A stretch of 64,000 bases of DNA from the NCBI GenBank assembly GCA_965242725.1, contig CBDESZ010000016.1:267353-331352 (forward strand). The letters run 5' to 3'. The notes beneath the pieces were generated by a model that was given only the letters and a program-made list of their open reading frames with translations, did no database searches and was not told where the DNA came from. Each line of letters opens with the position of its first letter. Position 1 is the stretch's first letter. The stretch comes from Alkalispirochaeta sp. (lineage in GTDB: Bacteria; Spirochaetota; Spirochaetia; DSM-27196; Alkalispirochaetaceae). Positions 9,816-20,067 of this stretch are shown here, in pieces. Made by a program: the position numbers and the translations under genes.

Positions 9816-10676
9816 TTAATGAGGGTTTTTTGTCGCGTCGAGCAACTTCGATTTCAGTTCCCCTGCGCCGGTGGTGGAGAGGTCAAAGATCGGTCTCTCC
9901 GGAATGAGGGCGCGGCAGGCATCGCGGTCGGCGGCTGTACAGAGGACGGCGTCGACCTTCTCGATTTCGCTCAGATCCCGGGGAGAGGAAAGGTCATAGA
10001 GAAGAATCTTGTTGGCGTGTCGCGACAACGCCCGCGCCGTGGCGGTGACGCCGCGCTTGATGGTCATCTCGTCGGTCCCGCCGGCGCGCTTGCCGGTGTC
10101 GTCATCTCCGGCGTGACCCATCGTCCTCTTCCAGAAACTGCGATAGGAGTGGACGACCACTGTGGAAAGCTCCGTCGCCAGTTCCGTCGTGCGAACGCCA
10201 TCGCCGACGACGGCTACGTGTTTTACGTAGTAGGGACGGACCACCGGCGGAATGAACCGCCACCACTCATACGGTGCGCGACGAATCATCGACGCCGAAA
10301 CGGGAATATTGCTCCGACCCGGATCGACGGGAATGAAATTGGCGTCCAGCTCGGCAGCGAGGTCCCATCCGTACTCCTCTGACGCAAAAACGTGGTGCAC
10401 CGGTTCGGGGACGGCGTCACGAACGGTCCGTGCCCAGATTGCAGTCGCTCCGGCCGCGCCGCGACGTGCCTCGGGGATTTCCTCGGTGATATGGACGGTC
10501 CTGCACGTCGGCGCCAGTTCACTGACCCAGCGATACCTGAGATCTCCGGGAATCGACTCATGGGACAGGGTGCATACGAGGATGTACAATGTATCAACCA
10601 TATGCCGGGCAAAATCGATGAGGTATAAATGGCCGTTGTGGGGCGGCATAAATCGCCCGATGATGACGCCGTTCAT
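9816..10676 (-). CDS. NadR/Ttd14-like nucleotidyltransferase with degenerate kinase domain
   Basis: 'GRFMPPHNGHLYLI' (HxGH), 'VFASEEYG', 'PVSASMIR', 'WRFIPPVVRPYY'. Confidence 0.75.
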   Translation of the reverse strand: MNGVIIGRFMPPHNGHLYLIDFARHMVDTLYILVCTLSHESIPGDLRYRWVSELAPTCRTVHITEEIPEARRGAAGATAIWARTVRDAVPEPVHHVFASEEYGWDLAAELDANFIPVDPGRSNIPVSASMIRRAPYEWWRFIPPVVRPYYVKHVAVVGDGVRTTELATELSTVVVHSYRSFWKRTMGHAGDDDTGKRAGGTDEMTIKRGVTATARALSRHANKILLYDLSSPRDLSEIEKVDAVLCTAADRDACRALIPERPIFDLSTTGAGELKSKLLDATKNPH

Positions 10677-10726
10677 GGTATGGTGGTACAGTACCGGCTT
10701 TCGCCCGGCTCTCGCAAGGAGGACGT

Positions 10727-11803
10727 ATGCGTATTGGATTTGACCTCGGTGGTACAAAGATGCTCGCCGCCGTCATCGACGACAGCGGAACAATCATCGC
10801 CCGAAACAAGAACCGTACCGAAGGTTCGGACAACGAGACGGTCTACGCAAAGATCCTTCAAACCATCGACGGCGCGCTGAAAAAAGGCGGAATCCCCGCA
10901 GGTGACGTCAGCGAAATCGGCATTGCCGTACCGGGCCCCATCGATGCCGAGGAGGGGCGTATCCTCCAGCCGCCCAACCTCGCGCTCCGTGATTTTCCCC
11001 TCGCCCGGCGTCTCACCGAAGACCGGGGGCTTAAGGTCCTGCTTGAAAACGATGTAAACGCCGGCCTCTGGGGCGAGTTTATCGCCGGCGCCGCCCGCGA
11101 CTATCGACATGTCATTGGAATTTTCCCGGGCACGGGAATCGGCGGAGGCGTCATCATCAACGGCGAGCTCTTTCGCGGCAAGAAAGGGCGGGCCGGAGAG
11201 ATCGGACACATCACCGTCCAGAGCGACGGGCGCCGGTGCGGCTGCGGCAACCACGGCTGCCTGGAGACCGTCGCGTCCAAGACGGCGATCGCCCGGGATC
11301 TCGCGCTTCTCGCGATGAACGGCCAGTCTCCCATCCTTGCCGCTGCGGGAGCGACGGACATCACCCAGATCAAGAGCGGTCTCATTAAGAAGGCTCTGGA
11401 CGCCGGTGATCCCGGTGTTGCGGAGGTTGTAGATCAGGCGGCGTACTTTCTGGGAATCGGAATGGCGGCGATGGTGAACGTCTTTGATCCGGAAATGGTC
11501 CTCCTCGGCGGCGGGCTTGTTGAAAAACTCGGGGCGCCCTTTATCGCCGCTGCGGAAGAGGCGATGCGCCGTCGGGCGATGCCCAACCTCGTAGAAGGGG
11601 TGGTGGTGACGGAAGCACAGCTTGGTGACGATGCGGTGATCCTCGGAGCCGCCGACCTGGCCGTGCGGAAGTGGGCCGCCGCATCTGCCGCTGACACCGA
11701 CGGTGTACCTGGCACGGTCGCACCGGCATCCGCCTCCAACGCCGGCGGCCGTACCGGTAACAAACGGACCCGAAACGGAGGCAAGGCACGGAACCATGAC
11801 TAA
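10727..11803 (+). CDS. ROK family sugar kinase (glucokinase-like)
   Basis: 'IGFDLGGTK', 'ENDVNA', 'GTGIGGG', 'AGEIGH', 'CGCGNHGCLE'. Confidence 0.9.
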   Translation: MRIGFDLGGTKMLAAVIDDSGTIIARNKNRTEGSDNETVYAKILQTIDGALKKGGIPAGDVSEIGIAVPGPIDAEEGRILQPPNLALRDFPLARRLTEDRGLKVLLENDVNAGLWGEFIAGAARDYRHVIGIFPGTGIGGGVIINGELFRGKKGRAGEIGHITVQSDGRRCGCGNHGCLETVASKTAIARDLALLAMNGQSPILAAAGATDITQIKSGLIKKALDAGDPGVAEVVDQAAYFLGIGMAAMVNVFDPEMVLLGGGLVEKLGAPFIAAAEEAMRRRAMPNLVEGVVVTEAQLGDDAVILGAADLAVRKWAAASAADTDGVPGTVAPASASNAGGRTGNKRTRNGGKARNHD

Positions 11804-13418
11804 AAAGCCCAAAGGTATGGAAACGGAAAACCGGGGACACTCCGCCCGGGGAAACGCCACGGGCGATACTGAAAACAAGCATGACGATACACCGCGACTC
11901 GTCTCGGTGATCGACATCGGATCCACGGCAATACGCGTCGTCGTCGCGCAGATACACAAGGATCTCACCTGGACCACCGTGGACCGCGCATCCCGTCCCC
12001 TTTCCCTCGGCCGTGACGTATTCATGACGGGATATCTCAGTACCGACTCAATGCGCGACGCCGTTCGCATCCTCAAGAGCTTCAAGGAACTCCTCGGGGG
12101 ATGGCGCATCGCCCCCGACGATGTCCGTATTATCGCCACCGCGGCGATTCGGGAGGCAAAAAACCGGGACACCTTTCTCGACCGCGTCCAGATCCGCACG
12201 GGCTTCCGCATCGACATCGTGGAAGGGATTGAGGAGAACCACCTCACCTACATCGCCGTACAGCACGCAATCAACGACCTGCGACCGCAGTTCGCCCGCT
12301 CAAGTGCGATGATCCTGGAAGTCGGCGGAGGAACGACTGAAATCATGCTCCTCCAGCGGGGGCGCATGGTGGGCGCCCACTCCCTGCGCATCGGCACCCT
12401 CCGGGTTGAACAGCAGGTTCAGCCCAACCTCACCGACAGCGATCGCATTGAAGAGTACCTCCGTGAAAACATCCGGGTGAATCGTGAGGTCCTCAATACC
12501 GAACTTCGTCTTGACAGGATTCGGTACTTTGTCGCCGTAGGCGGAGATGCCCGGATCGCCGCGGCCAGGGTCGGACACAAGGAGGGGGAGCACTTTTCAG
12601 TCATAGAACGGGAGCGCTTTGACACCTTTCTCCGGGACCTGCAGCGGCGCAGCCTCGATGAATGCGTCCGGGAGCTCCGCCTCACCTACACCGAGGTGGA
12701 GGGGCTCGTACCAGCTCTGGTGACCTACAAACTCTTCATGGATGCCACGGCGGCGGACCAGCTTATCGTGCCCGACGTGAGTATTCGCGAGGGGGTGCTC
12801 CTCAACTTCACGGTAGGCACCCACCACCCCATGCGGGAAGAGTTTTCCGAGCAGGTCATCAACTCAACGGTCGGGCTGGGGCGCAAGTACCATTTCGACG
12901 AGCATCACGGAATGCATGTGGCCAAACTGTCGGTAAGTCTCTTTGACCAGTTCTCCGCCGAACACGGCATTGAAGGTCATGGACGCCTCCTGTTGGAGGT
13001 GGCGGCGATCATTCACGACATCGGAAACTTCGTCCGCGCCTCGGGACATCACAAGCACGGTCAGTACATCATCGAAAACTCAGAAATATTCGGCCTCTCC
13101 CGATCGGACATTCGCATCGTGGCCAACGTCGTCAGATATCATCGCGGCGGTACGCCGTCGTCGGGTCACACAAACTACGTCTCCCTTCGGCGGGAGCACC
13201 GCATGCTCGTCCTGAAGCTCGCCGCCCTCCTGCGGGTGGCCGACGCACTGGATCGGGGGCACGTGCAGCGGGTCCGCAGTTTCCAGTTGGAGCAGGGAGA
13301 CGAGGACGTGGTTCTTCACTGCGAGTACAGCGGGGATATTTCGATTGAGGAGTACGGCCTGCGTCTCAAGGGGCGACTTTTCGAGGAAGTCTTCGGATAT
13401 GGAGTAACGGTAACATGA
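11796..13418 (+). CDS. ppx: Ppx/GppA exopolyphosphatase with HD domain
   Basis: 'VIDIGSTAIR', 'ATAAIREA', 'EVGGGTTE', 'IHDIG', 'RYHR', 'LRVADALD'. Confidence 0.9.
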   Translation: MTKKPKGMETENRGHSARGNATGDTENKHDDTPRLVSVIDIGSTAIRVVVAQIHKDLTWTTVDRASRPLSLGRDVFMTGYLSTDSMRDAVRILKSFKELLGGWRIAPDDVRIIATAAIREAKNRDTFLDRVQIRTGFRIDIVEGIEENHLTYIAVQHAINDLRPQFARSSAMILEVGGGTTEIMLLQRGRMVGAHSLRIGTLRVEQQVQPNLTDSDRIEEYLRENIRVNREVLNTELRLDRIRYFVAVGGDARIAAARVGHKEGEHFSVIERERFDTFLRDLQRRSLDECVRELRLTYTEVEGLVPALVTYKLFMDATAADQLIVPDVSIREGVLLNFTVGTHHPMREEFSEQVINSTVGLGRKYHFDEHHGMHVAKLSVSLFDQFSAEHGIEGHGRLLLEVAAIIHDIGNFVRASGHHKHGQYIIENSEIFGLSRSDIRIVANVVRYHRGGTPSSGHTNYVSLRREHRMLVLKLAALLRVADALDRGHVQRVRSFQLEQGDEDVVLHCEYSGDISIEEYGLRLKGRLFEEVFGYGVTVT

Positions 13419-15565
13419 GCGAAAACACGACGGGAACGATGCACCCTCTCTACTTCAACCGGGAGCTCAGCTGGATCGAGTTCAACGCCCGGGTCCTCTC
13501 GGAGGCTGAAAACCCCGGAGTGCCCCTCCTGGAACGGCTGAAATTCCTGAGCATCGTTTCTTCAAACTTCGATGAGTTTTTCATGGTTAGGGTGGCGTCG
13601 CTGAAGCGGCAGCTCCGCATGGGTAAGCCTTCCACCTGTCCCACCAGAATGACGCCCCGGGAGCAGCTTGAAAGGATTTACCGCCGGGTGAGGGAGATAA
13701 ACGCACGAAAGTACCGCACCCTCCTTGACGACATCTTTCCGGCGCTGGAAAACGAAGGTATACGCCGCGTCAGGCCACCGCAATGGGACGGCGAGCAGCA
13801 GGGATATGTGCGACACTTCTTCCGGGACAAGGTCTTCCCTGTACTCACCCCCGTGCGCGCCACCATCGGGGAACCGCTGCGGACCATCGGCAACCTGCGC
13901 CTCCACGCCGCATTCCTGCTCTCTCCCCAGGAGGAGACGAAAAAAGAGCGTCCCGACGAGGGCGACGGGCCGTTCCTCGTGGTGGTACAGGTGCCTTCCA
14001 GTCTGGAGCGGGTCGTCTACCTTCCCTCGGACAAGCCCTCGACCCTCTCTTTCACGTTCCTTGAGCAGGTCATCCTCGCCGAGTCGTATCAGCTCTTTCC
14101 GGGATACACAATTCAGGACCAGTGCCTCTTCCGGGTGACCAGGGACGCCGATTTCGGTGTCGACGAGGAGCGGGACGAGGACTTCATGGAGGCGATGGAG
14201 CAGATCGTCGAGACCCGCGATTTCAGCGATGCCGTACGTCTCAACGTCAACCAGGGCTCGGAGCAGCTGCGGAAGATCCTCACCGAGGCGTTTGAGCTTG
14301 AGGAAAGCGAGGTCTTCATTTCACCGGATCCCCTGGAGCTGCGGAATCTCATGGACATCGTCGCCATAGACGGGTATTCCCACCTTCGGGATGAGCCGTG
14401 GAAGACGATGCAGTCGGTGTGGGTCGATGAAGAGGAGACGATGTGGGAAAACATCCGTCGTCGGGACATCCTTCTCCACCACCCCTATGAGAGTTTTGAC
14501 CCCGTGGTGCGCCTCGTCCAGGAGGCGGCGACGGACCCGGATACGCTGGCGATTAAAATGACCCTTTACCGCACCAGCGGCTCCTCCCCCATCGTACGGG
14601 CCCTTGAAAAGGCCGCCGAAGAGGGAAAGCAGGTTTCCGTCCTGGTGGAGCTGAAGGCGCGTTTTGATGAAGAGCGGAACATCGGATGGGCACAGCGTCT
14701 GGAACGGGCGGGAGTTATCGTCGTCTACGGAATTGCCCGCCTCAAGGTACACGCCAAGGCGCTCATGATCGTCCGCCGCGAACGGAGCGGTATCAAACGG
14801 TACGTGCACCTCGGAACGGGCAACTACAACGAGAAGACCGCCCGACTCTATACCGATCTGGGATATCTGACCGCCGACGACCGTCTCACCTATGAAGTGG
14901 GTCTCTTCTTCAACGCAATTACCGGATATTCAGTCATTCCCGGGCTGAAGAAGCTCTACATCGCCCCGATCGCATTGAAAAACCGTCTCCTTGAGCTCAT
15001 CCGCCGGGAGGGCAGTCGCGCCGAAGGGTCCGGATCGGGTCTCATCGTCGCCAAGCTGAACGCTCTCGCCGACCCGGAGGTCATCGACGCCCTGTATGAG
15101 GCGGCACAGAAGGGGGTGACGATAAAACTCAACGTACGGGGAATCTGTATGCTCGTTCCCGGGATACCGGGGTTGAGCGAGAATATCCGTGTCGTAAGCG
15201 TGGTGGACCGCTATCTGGAGCACGTCCGGGCTTTCTGGTTTGAAAACGGCGGTGCCGCTGAATCGTACCTTTCAAGCGCCGACTGGATGCCGAGAAATCT
15301 GGAAAAGCGGGTGGAGCTGATGTTTCCCGTCGAAAACCCCGACATCCAGCGGCGCATTAAGAAAACCCTGGACCTCTTCTTTCTCGACAATACCAAGGCG
15401 CACGTCCTGCACGGTGACGGCACCTGGACACGAATCGTCCCGAAGAAAAATGCAAAACCATTTCGCGCCCAGGAAGAGGCGTACAAGGGACTGCAGGCGC
15501 GCCTCGTCAGTGATGAATCGGAGAATCGTCAGGTCTTCAAGGTACGTAGAAAACCGCCGGAGTGA
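13415..15565 (+). CDS. ppk1: Polyphosphate kinase 1
   Basis: 'YFNRELSWIEFNARVL', 'HHPYESF', 'ELKARFDE', 'KVHAK', 'SADWMPRNL'. Confidence 0.97.
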   Translation: MSENTTGTMHPLYFNRELSWIEFNARVLSEAENPGVPLLERLKFLSIVSSNFDEFFMVRVASLKRQLRMGKPSTCPTRMTPREQLERIYRRVREINARKYRTLLDDIFPALENEGIRRVRPPQWDGEQQGYVRHFFRDKVFPVLTPVRATIGEPLRTIGNLRLHAAFLLSPQEETKKERPDEGDGPFLVVVQVPSSLERVVYLPSDKPSTLSFTFLEQVILAESYQLFPGYTIQDQCLFRVTRDADFGVDEERDEDFMEAMEQIVETRDFSDAVRLNVNQGSEQLRKILTEAFELEESEVFISPDPLELRNLMDIVAIDGYSHLRDEPWKTMQSVWVDEEETMWENIRRRDILLHHPYESFDPVVRLVQEAATDPDTLAIKMTLYRTSGSSPIVRALEKAAEEGKQVSVLVELKARFDEERNIGWAQRLERAGVIVVYGIARLKVHAKALMIVRRERSGIKRYVHLGTGNYNEKTARLYTDLGYLTADDRLTYEVGLFFNAITGYSVIPGLKKLYIAPIALKNRLLELIRREGSRAEGSGSGLIVAKLNALADPEVIDALYEAAQKGVTIKLNVRGICMLVPGIPGLSENIRVVSVVDRYLEHVRAFWFENGGAAESYLSSADWMPRNLEKRVELMFPVENPDIQRRIKKTLDLFFLDNTKAHVLHGDGTWTRIVPKKNAKPFRAQEEAYKGLQARLVSDESENRQVFKVRRKPPE

Positions 15566-15569
15566 TGAA

Positions 15570-15809
15570 ATGAAAACAGTAGCAGCCTTTCCCGATCGCG
15601 TCAGGGCGGAACACGCCCTCGGCTTTCTGCGGAACAACAGGGTGGACGCGATTATCTGGAGCGACGATGCCGGCGGGCTCAACCCGGCCATCGGGTTTGT
15701 CGAGTCCTACCAGTTGCGTGTCCGCGATGAGGACGTCGGTCTCGCCGAGGAACTCCTCTCCGACTTTGGAATGGTGTCACGCGACGAGGATCAGGAGCAG
15801 CGCCATTGA
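15570..15809 (+). CDS. Small DUF2007-like protein
   Basis: 79 aa MKTVAAFPDRVRAEHALGFLRNNRVDAII...YQLRVRDEDVGLAEELL immediately after ppk1. Confidence 0.65.
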   Translation: MKTVAAFPDRVRAEHALGFLRNNRVDAIIWSDDAGGLNPAIGFVESYQLRVRDEDVGLAEELLSDFGMVSRDEDQEQRH

Positions 15810-17576
15810 CGCAAAGCCGCTCACGGCATTGACCGCGTCATTGGTCATTCCGCGGAACCCGCGGACGAGACGGTTTGTCGCGCCGCCGGCGTCGATCCGT
15901 TTCTCCGTGTAGCCGCCCTTGATGCGGTCCCAATACTGTGCCTGGACGCTGGCACCGAGAATGCTGTCGATGAGGCTTCCCAGAAAACCGCCTGCGGTAA
16001 TGGCCGCGACCATCGGCATGAGCTCTCCAAGGTTCCAGCCGTGGGTCGCAACGTATCCCGCCGCAAACCATACCGCGATAAAGAGTGCCCCGCCCGTCGC
16101 GGCGGTGAGGCCGAGGGGACTCACCCCGCCGCTGGTACCGCGGGGAATGCGTCGGAGGGTGATGATTGAACGTGGTTCCCTCCGGCTCAACACGCCTATT
16201 TCACTCGCCCACGTGTCCGCATTGGCCGCGGCGAGGGCGATGGCAAATCCAAACATGAAAAAGGGACTGCCGGTTATTCCATGTCCCACCGCCGTCAGGG
16301 CTGCCAGCCCCCCATTGGCCAGTACCTGCACCGCATCACGGCGTGCGCCTTTTTCGTGTATCTCCTCCGCCTGACTCCGGGCAGCTCTCATTCTCCGTGC
16401 CCCCGTTCCGGGGCCCGTAAAGGTAAGGCGACTCAGGGCACTTGAGGAAATAAAGAACGCCATCAGTACCGACCAGTAGAAGCCGCCGCCGGAGAGAAAT
16501 ATGAGCAAGCCCACCGTCGCGCCCGCAACCGCTCCGGCGGCGGTGATCGCCCCTTTGAGATAGGCTGCCGAGGCAAAGAGGATGTTCAGACCCAGCGCCC
16601 AGGCGAGGCGGACGATCCACGCCCCGGGCATCGCCATGAGGAGGGCCAATACCGCAAAGGCGGCCAGAGGGATTGAGATGTTGTCCAATCCCCACGGAGT
16701 GAGCAGCTCAACCGCCGTTGCAGCGGCGGCAACAACAAATGCGACGGCGACCATCGTCGTCGGTTCCATCTCCCAGCTGACGGCGGTACCCAGGGTACCT
16801 TCCGAGACGCGGTCCACCACGAGACGGACCACTCCGTCCAGCCGGGACAGCGCAACGAGGATGACGTTATCCGACGGACGGGCGACCCAGCTGTTCTCCG
16901 CGATCGCCCCTGAAAACCGGGTGAACCATCCCTGGAGGAGTTGCGGTCCCGTCGCGACGGCGTTCGGTTCGACGGAAGGAAATGCAACGACAACGGCCAG
17001 GACGACGACGGTCACCGCGAAGGAAAACAGGAACATCGCCGTCGTACCGGCTGCGCTTTTGCGTCCACCCGGTACGGAGAAACGGGATGAACCGCCGGCT
17101 GCAAAAGAGTCTCCAAACCGTTCACCCGCAAGGGCCGCGCTGCCGTCGCCCCAGCCGAGGACGAGAGTTGCCACGAGCCCGTACCAGCGGGGAAAGAGGC
17201 CGGACCACGTCAGCAGAACGAGAAATACAAGCGCCACGGGAAAATAGATGGTTCCGAGGTTTTTCCGCGGCTCGGGATGTTCCATCGCCGCAAAGATGTG
17301 GCGCCGGTAGGAGATATAGTTTATCAAAACGAATGAAAGCGGCCCGATGAGGGCAACCGCAAGGTCATCGATGAAGATCATGGCGATGATCCACCAGTGG
17401 GCAACACCGATATGAACGATCTTCCGCGTCGCTCCGGGGCCGACCGCTTTCCGGTGCAGGAGCAGCTGGGCGACGCCGATGAAGGCAAAGATGAATGCAA
17501 AGGAGAGCACAAGTCCGAACCACTGTCCCGGGGGCGACATCCCGGCAATCGCCCATTCAAATATTCCCGATTTCAT
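15777..17576 (-). CDS. Phytol/dolichol kinase-like domain fused to DUF92 membrane domain
   Basis: 'TRKIVHIGV', 'LGWGDGSAALAG', 'GLDNISIP' followed by 'RDAVQVLANGG', 'ANADTWASEIG', 'GTSGGVS', 'TNDAVN'. Confidence 0.85.
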   Translation of the reverse strand: MKSGIFEWAIAGMSPPGQWFGLVLSFAFIFAFIGVAQLLLHRKAVGPGATRKIVHIGVAHWWIIAMIFIDDLAVALIGPLSFVLINYISYRRHIFAAMEHPEPRKNLGTIYFPVALVFLVLLTWSGLFPRWYGLVATLVLGWGDGSAALAGERFGDSFAAGGSSRFSVPGGRKSAAGTTAMFLFSFAVTVVVLAVVVAFPSVEPNAVATGPQLLQGWFTRFSGAIAENSWVARPSDNVILVALSRLDGVVRLVVDRVSEGTLGTAVSWEMEPTTMVAVAFVVAAAATAVELLTPWGLDNISIPLAAFAVLALLMAMPGAWIVRLAWALGLNILFASAAYLKGAITAAGAVAGATVGLLIFLSGGGFYWSVLMAFFISSSALSRLTFTGPGTGARRMRAARSQAEEIHEKGARRDAVQVLANGGLAALTAVGHGITGSPFFMFGFAIALAAANADTWASEIGVLSRREPRSIITLRRIPRGTSGGVSPLGLTAATGGALFIAVWFAAGYVATHGWNLGELMPMVAAITAGGFLGSLIDSILGASVQAQYWDRIKGGYTEKRIDAGGATNRLVRGFRGMTNDAVNAVSGFASMALLLILVA

Positions 17577-17638
17577 TTTTCCCTAATATAACGGAACCGC
17601 TTGTCAGGGCCCAGCCCACGGAGTAGCCTGTGGGAACA

Positions 17639-18412
17639 ATGGATAAAAATACGCAAATGCGACTGGCCGTATTGATCGATGCAGACAATACCCAGCCGTC
17701 AATCATGGAAGGTCTCCTGGAAGAGATCGCAAATTACGGAATCGCCAGCATTAAGCGCATATACGGCGACTGGTCCAGCGATTCCCTGAAGAACTGGAAA
17801 AATATTCTTCTTGACAACGCCATTCAGCCGATTCAGCAGTATCCCTATACCCGCGGTAAAAACGCGACGGACATGAAACTCGTCATCGACGCCATGGACA
17901 TCCTCTTCTCCGGAAATATCGACGGCGTCTGCATCGTTTCGAGCGACAGCGACTTTACGCCCCTGGCGCAGCGCATTCGGCAATCGGGACTGACCGTCTA
18001 TGGCTTCGGGGAACAGAAGACGCCCAAGGCGTTTGTTCGTGCCTGCGACCGATTCATTTACAGCGAGGTCCTCCGCCAGCAGAGCAGCGAAGGTAACGGA
18101 GACAGCCGGGAAGTGCCCGCCCAGCAGCCGCGGAAACGCTTTACCACCAACGATCTCAAACAGGACACCAAACTGGTAACGATGGTCCGCAACGGCATTG
18201 AGGACGCCGCCGACGAGACGGGGTGGGCGTCACTTGGTATCGTGGGTCAGAAGGTTGCAAACAGCAATCCCGACTTTGATCCCCGGAACTACGGATACAA
18301 GAAGCTTGGTGAGCTCATCCGGGCGATGCAGCTTTTTGAAGTCGATGAACGTCCAATGGAAAACAGTCCGGCCCACAACATCTATATTCGCGACAAAAAG
18401 CGAAAACACTGA
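17639..18412 (+). CDS. NYN domain protein with C-terminal OST-HTH/LOTUS domain
   Basis: 'LAVLIDADN', 'RIYGDW', 'GKNATD', 'VSSDSDF', 'PDFDPRNYGYKKL'. Confidence 0.9.
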   Translation: MDKNTQMRLAVLIDADNTQPSIMEGLLEEIANYGIASIKRIYGDWSSDSLKNWKNILLDNAIQPIQQYPYTRGKNATDMKLVIDAMDILFSGNIDGVCIVSSDSDFTPLAQRIRQSGLTVYGFGEQKTPKAFVRACDRFIYSEVLRQQSSEGNGDSREVPAQQPRKRFTTNDLKQDTKLVTMVRNGIEDAADETGWASLGIVGQKVANSNPDFDPRNYGYKKLGELIRAMQLFEVDERPMENSPAHNIYIRDKKRKH

Positions 18413-18438
18413 GGGTACATTCCGGTGGTTACAGGCTG

Positions 18439-18843
18439 ATGAAAAATCCCTTTCTATCCCTCATAAAGACGGTACGGATACGTCCTCTCGATGCGGTCAT
18501 TCTCGTGATTGCCGCCGTCGCCATCGGCGGGTTTTCCTACTATGCGCTGGGACAGAGCGGGCCCGCCCGATCGGCGGAAATCAAGTCGGACGAGGGCACC
18601 TTTCTCTATCCCCTCTCCGTGGATCGCACGATTTCCGTCGCCGGCCCTCTGGGGGAGAGCATCATCGTGATAGAGGACGATCACGTCCATTTCGTCGAAT
18701 CACCGTGCCGCGACAAAATCTGTATCGCCGCGGGGGAGCTTTCCCACAGCGGGGAATGGACGGCGTGTCTTCCCAACCGCGTCTTTCTCACCGTGACCGG
18801 CTCGACGGCGGAAGGTGCACCCGTCGATGCTACCGCGTTTTGA
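18439..18843 (+). CDS. NusG domain II (DUF1312-like) membrane-anchored protein
   Basis: N-terminal TM, 'ESPCRDKIC', 'ACLPNRV'. Confidence 0.85.
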   Translation: MKNPFLSLIKTVRIRPLDAVILVIAAVAIGGFSYYALGQSGPARSAEIKSDEGTFLYPLSVDRTISVAGPLGESIIVIEDDHVHFVESPCRDKICIAAGELSHSGEWTACLPNRVFLTVTGSTAEGAPVDATAF

Positions 18844-18906
18844 TGCGTCCCGTCCGATACGAAGTGCAAACACGGCGGCACGACGCGTTTCTGTATACAG
18901 CCCCGT

Positions 18907-20025
18907 TTACGCCCCGCCCGGCTCGCCCGTCGCCCCATCGGGCTCTTCTACAATGCGAAACTCCTCGTCGGTGAGCCTGAAATAGGCCGGCCCGTCGGGA
19001 TCCTTGAGACCCGGTGAGACATACACCCGCTTGTCCTCGGTCACGAGAATCGTTTCAACGCCGTCCAGGCCTTCAATGAGCTCCACCGCGTCCGCCAGTC
19101 CCAATACGTACGCCGTGGTGGAAAGTGCATCGGCGTCAATGGAACGCTCCGCCACGATCGTCACCTGTTCCAGGCCGTTCCGGGTCGGATAACCGGTCTG
19201 GGGATCGATAATGTGGTGATACCGGACGCCGTCTTCCATAAAGAATCGTTCATAGGGTCCGGAGGTGACGATGGTGCGGTCCGCGGTGTACACGATCCCG
19301 AGAAAGTCGGATCGCGGCGCGTCGGGTCGCTGAACGCCGATGCGCCATTGAGTGTCGTCAGGCTTGTTTCCGATGACGAGGATGTTTCCGCCGAAATCGA
19401 GCAGGGCGTGGCGTACTCCCTCCGCCTTGAGGATACGAGCCGCCTCGTCCGCGGCATATCCCTTGGCGATGGCACCGACATCGACCCCCATTCCCTGGTC
19501 TTCAAGGATGACCGAACCGTCCGGCGTGAGGGTCATCTTCCGGTAGTCGACAAGTGACTGTGCCTCAGCGACCGCCTCCTTCGGCGGTACGTGTTCATTG
19601 CCGGAACCGATACCCCAGAGTTTCACCAGCGGCCAGATGGTGACGTCAAAGGCGCCGTTACTCAAACGGGAATACCTCAGCGCTTCCTCCAGCACCTCGA
19701 ATGTGTCGGGAGAGACCGCCGTCTGTTCCCCCGCCGCTGCGCGATTCACATCGAGTATTTCCGTACGGGTATAGTCCTCTTCGGAGGCGCTCATCTTTTC
19801 TTCTATTTCCGTAACCCGTTCAAAAACGCGTTCAATGAGTGCATCCGCCTCGTCACTGTAGACGGTTACGCGAATGATGGTGCCGAGCAGATATGCCTCG
19901 TCGACGGTGGGTTCAACGGGCCCGGGGGAGCAGGCAGTGAGGGTGGCAAGAAGCGCCGTTACCGCTGCGACAGCGGCCGGAATGTATACCATACGGGCGC
20001 GCCGGCCCGGAGAATTCCAGATCAT
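18907..20025 (-). CDS. apbE: FAD:protein FMN transferase (lipoprotein)
   Basis: Lipobox LTAC; 'GAFDVT', 'DVGAIAKGY', 'TSGPYER', 'YHHIIDP', 'ADALST'. Confidence 0.93.
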   Translation of the reverse strand: MIWNSPGRRARMVYIPAAVAAVTALLATLTACSPGPVEPTVDEAYLLGTIIRVTVYSDEADALIERVFERVTEIEEKMSASEEDYTRTEILDVNRAAAGEQTAVSPDTFEVLEEALRYSRLSNGAFDVTIWPLVKLWGIGSGNEHVPPKEAVAEAQSLVDYRKMTLTPDGSVILEDQGMGVDVGAIAKGYAADEAARILKAEGVRHALLDFGGNILVIGNKPDDTQWRIGVQRPDAPRSDFLGIVYTADRTIVTSGPYERFFMEDGVRYHHIIDPQTGYPTRNGLEQVTIVAERSIDADALSTTAYVLGLADAVELIEGLDGVETILVTEDKRVYVSPGLKDPDGPAYFRLTDEEFRIVEEPDGATGEPGGA

Positions 20026-20067
20026 GGCGGGCATTGTAGCGGTGAGCCCGCTCCCTCGCAATATCCG

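Noticed and set aside
17639..18412. NYN-LOTUS protein as a defence or toxin system
   Set aside because: Widespread stand-alone family; no partner gene or defence context here
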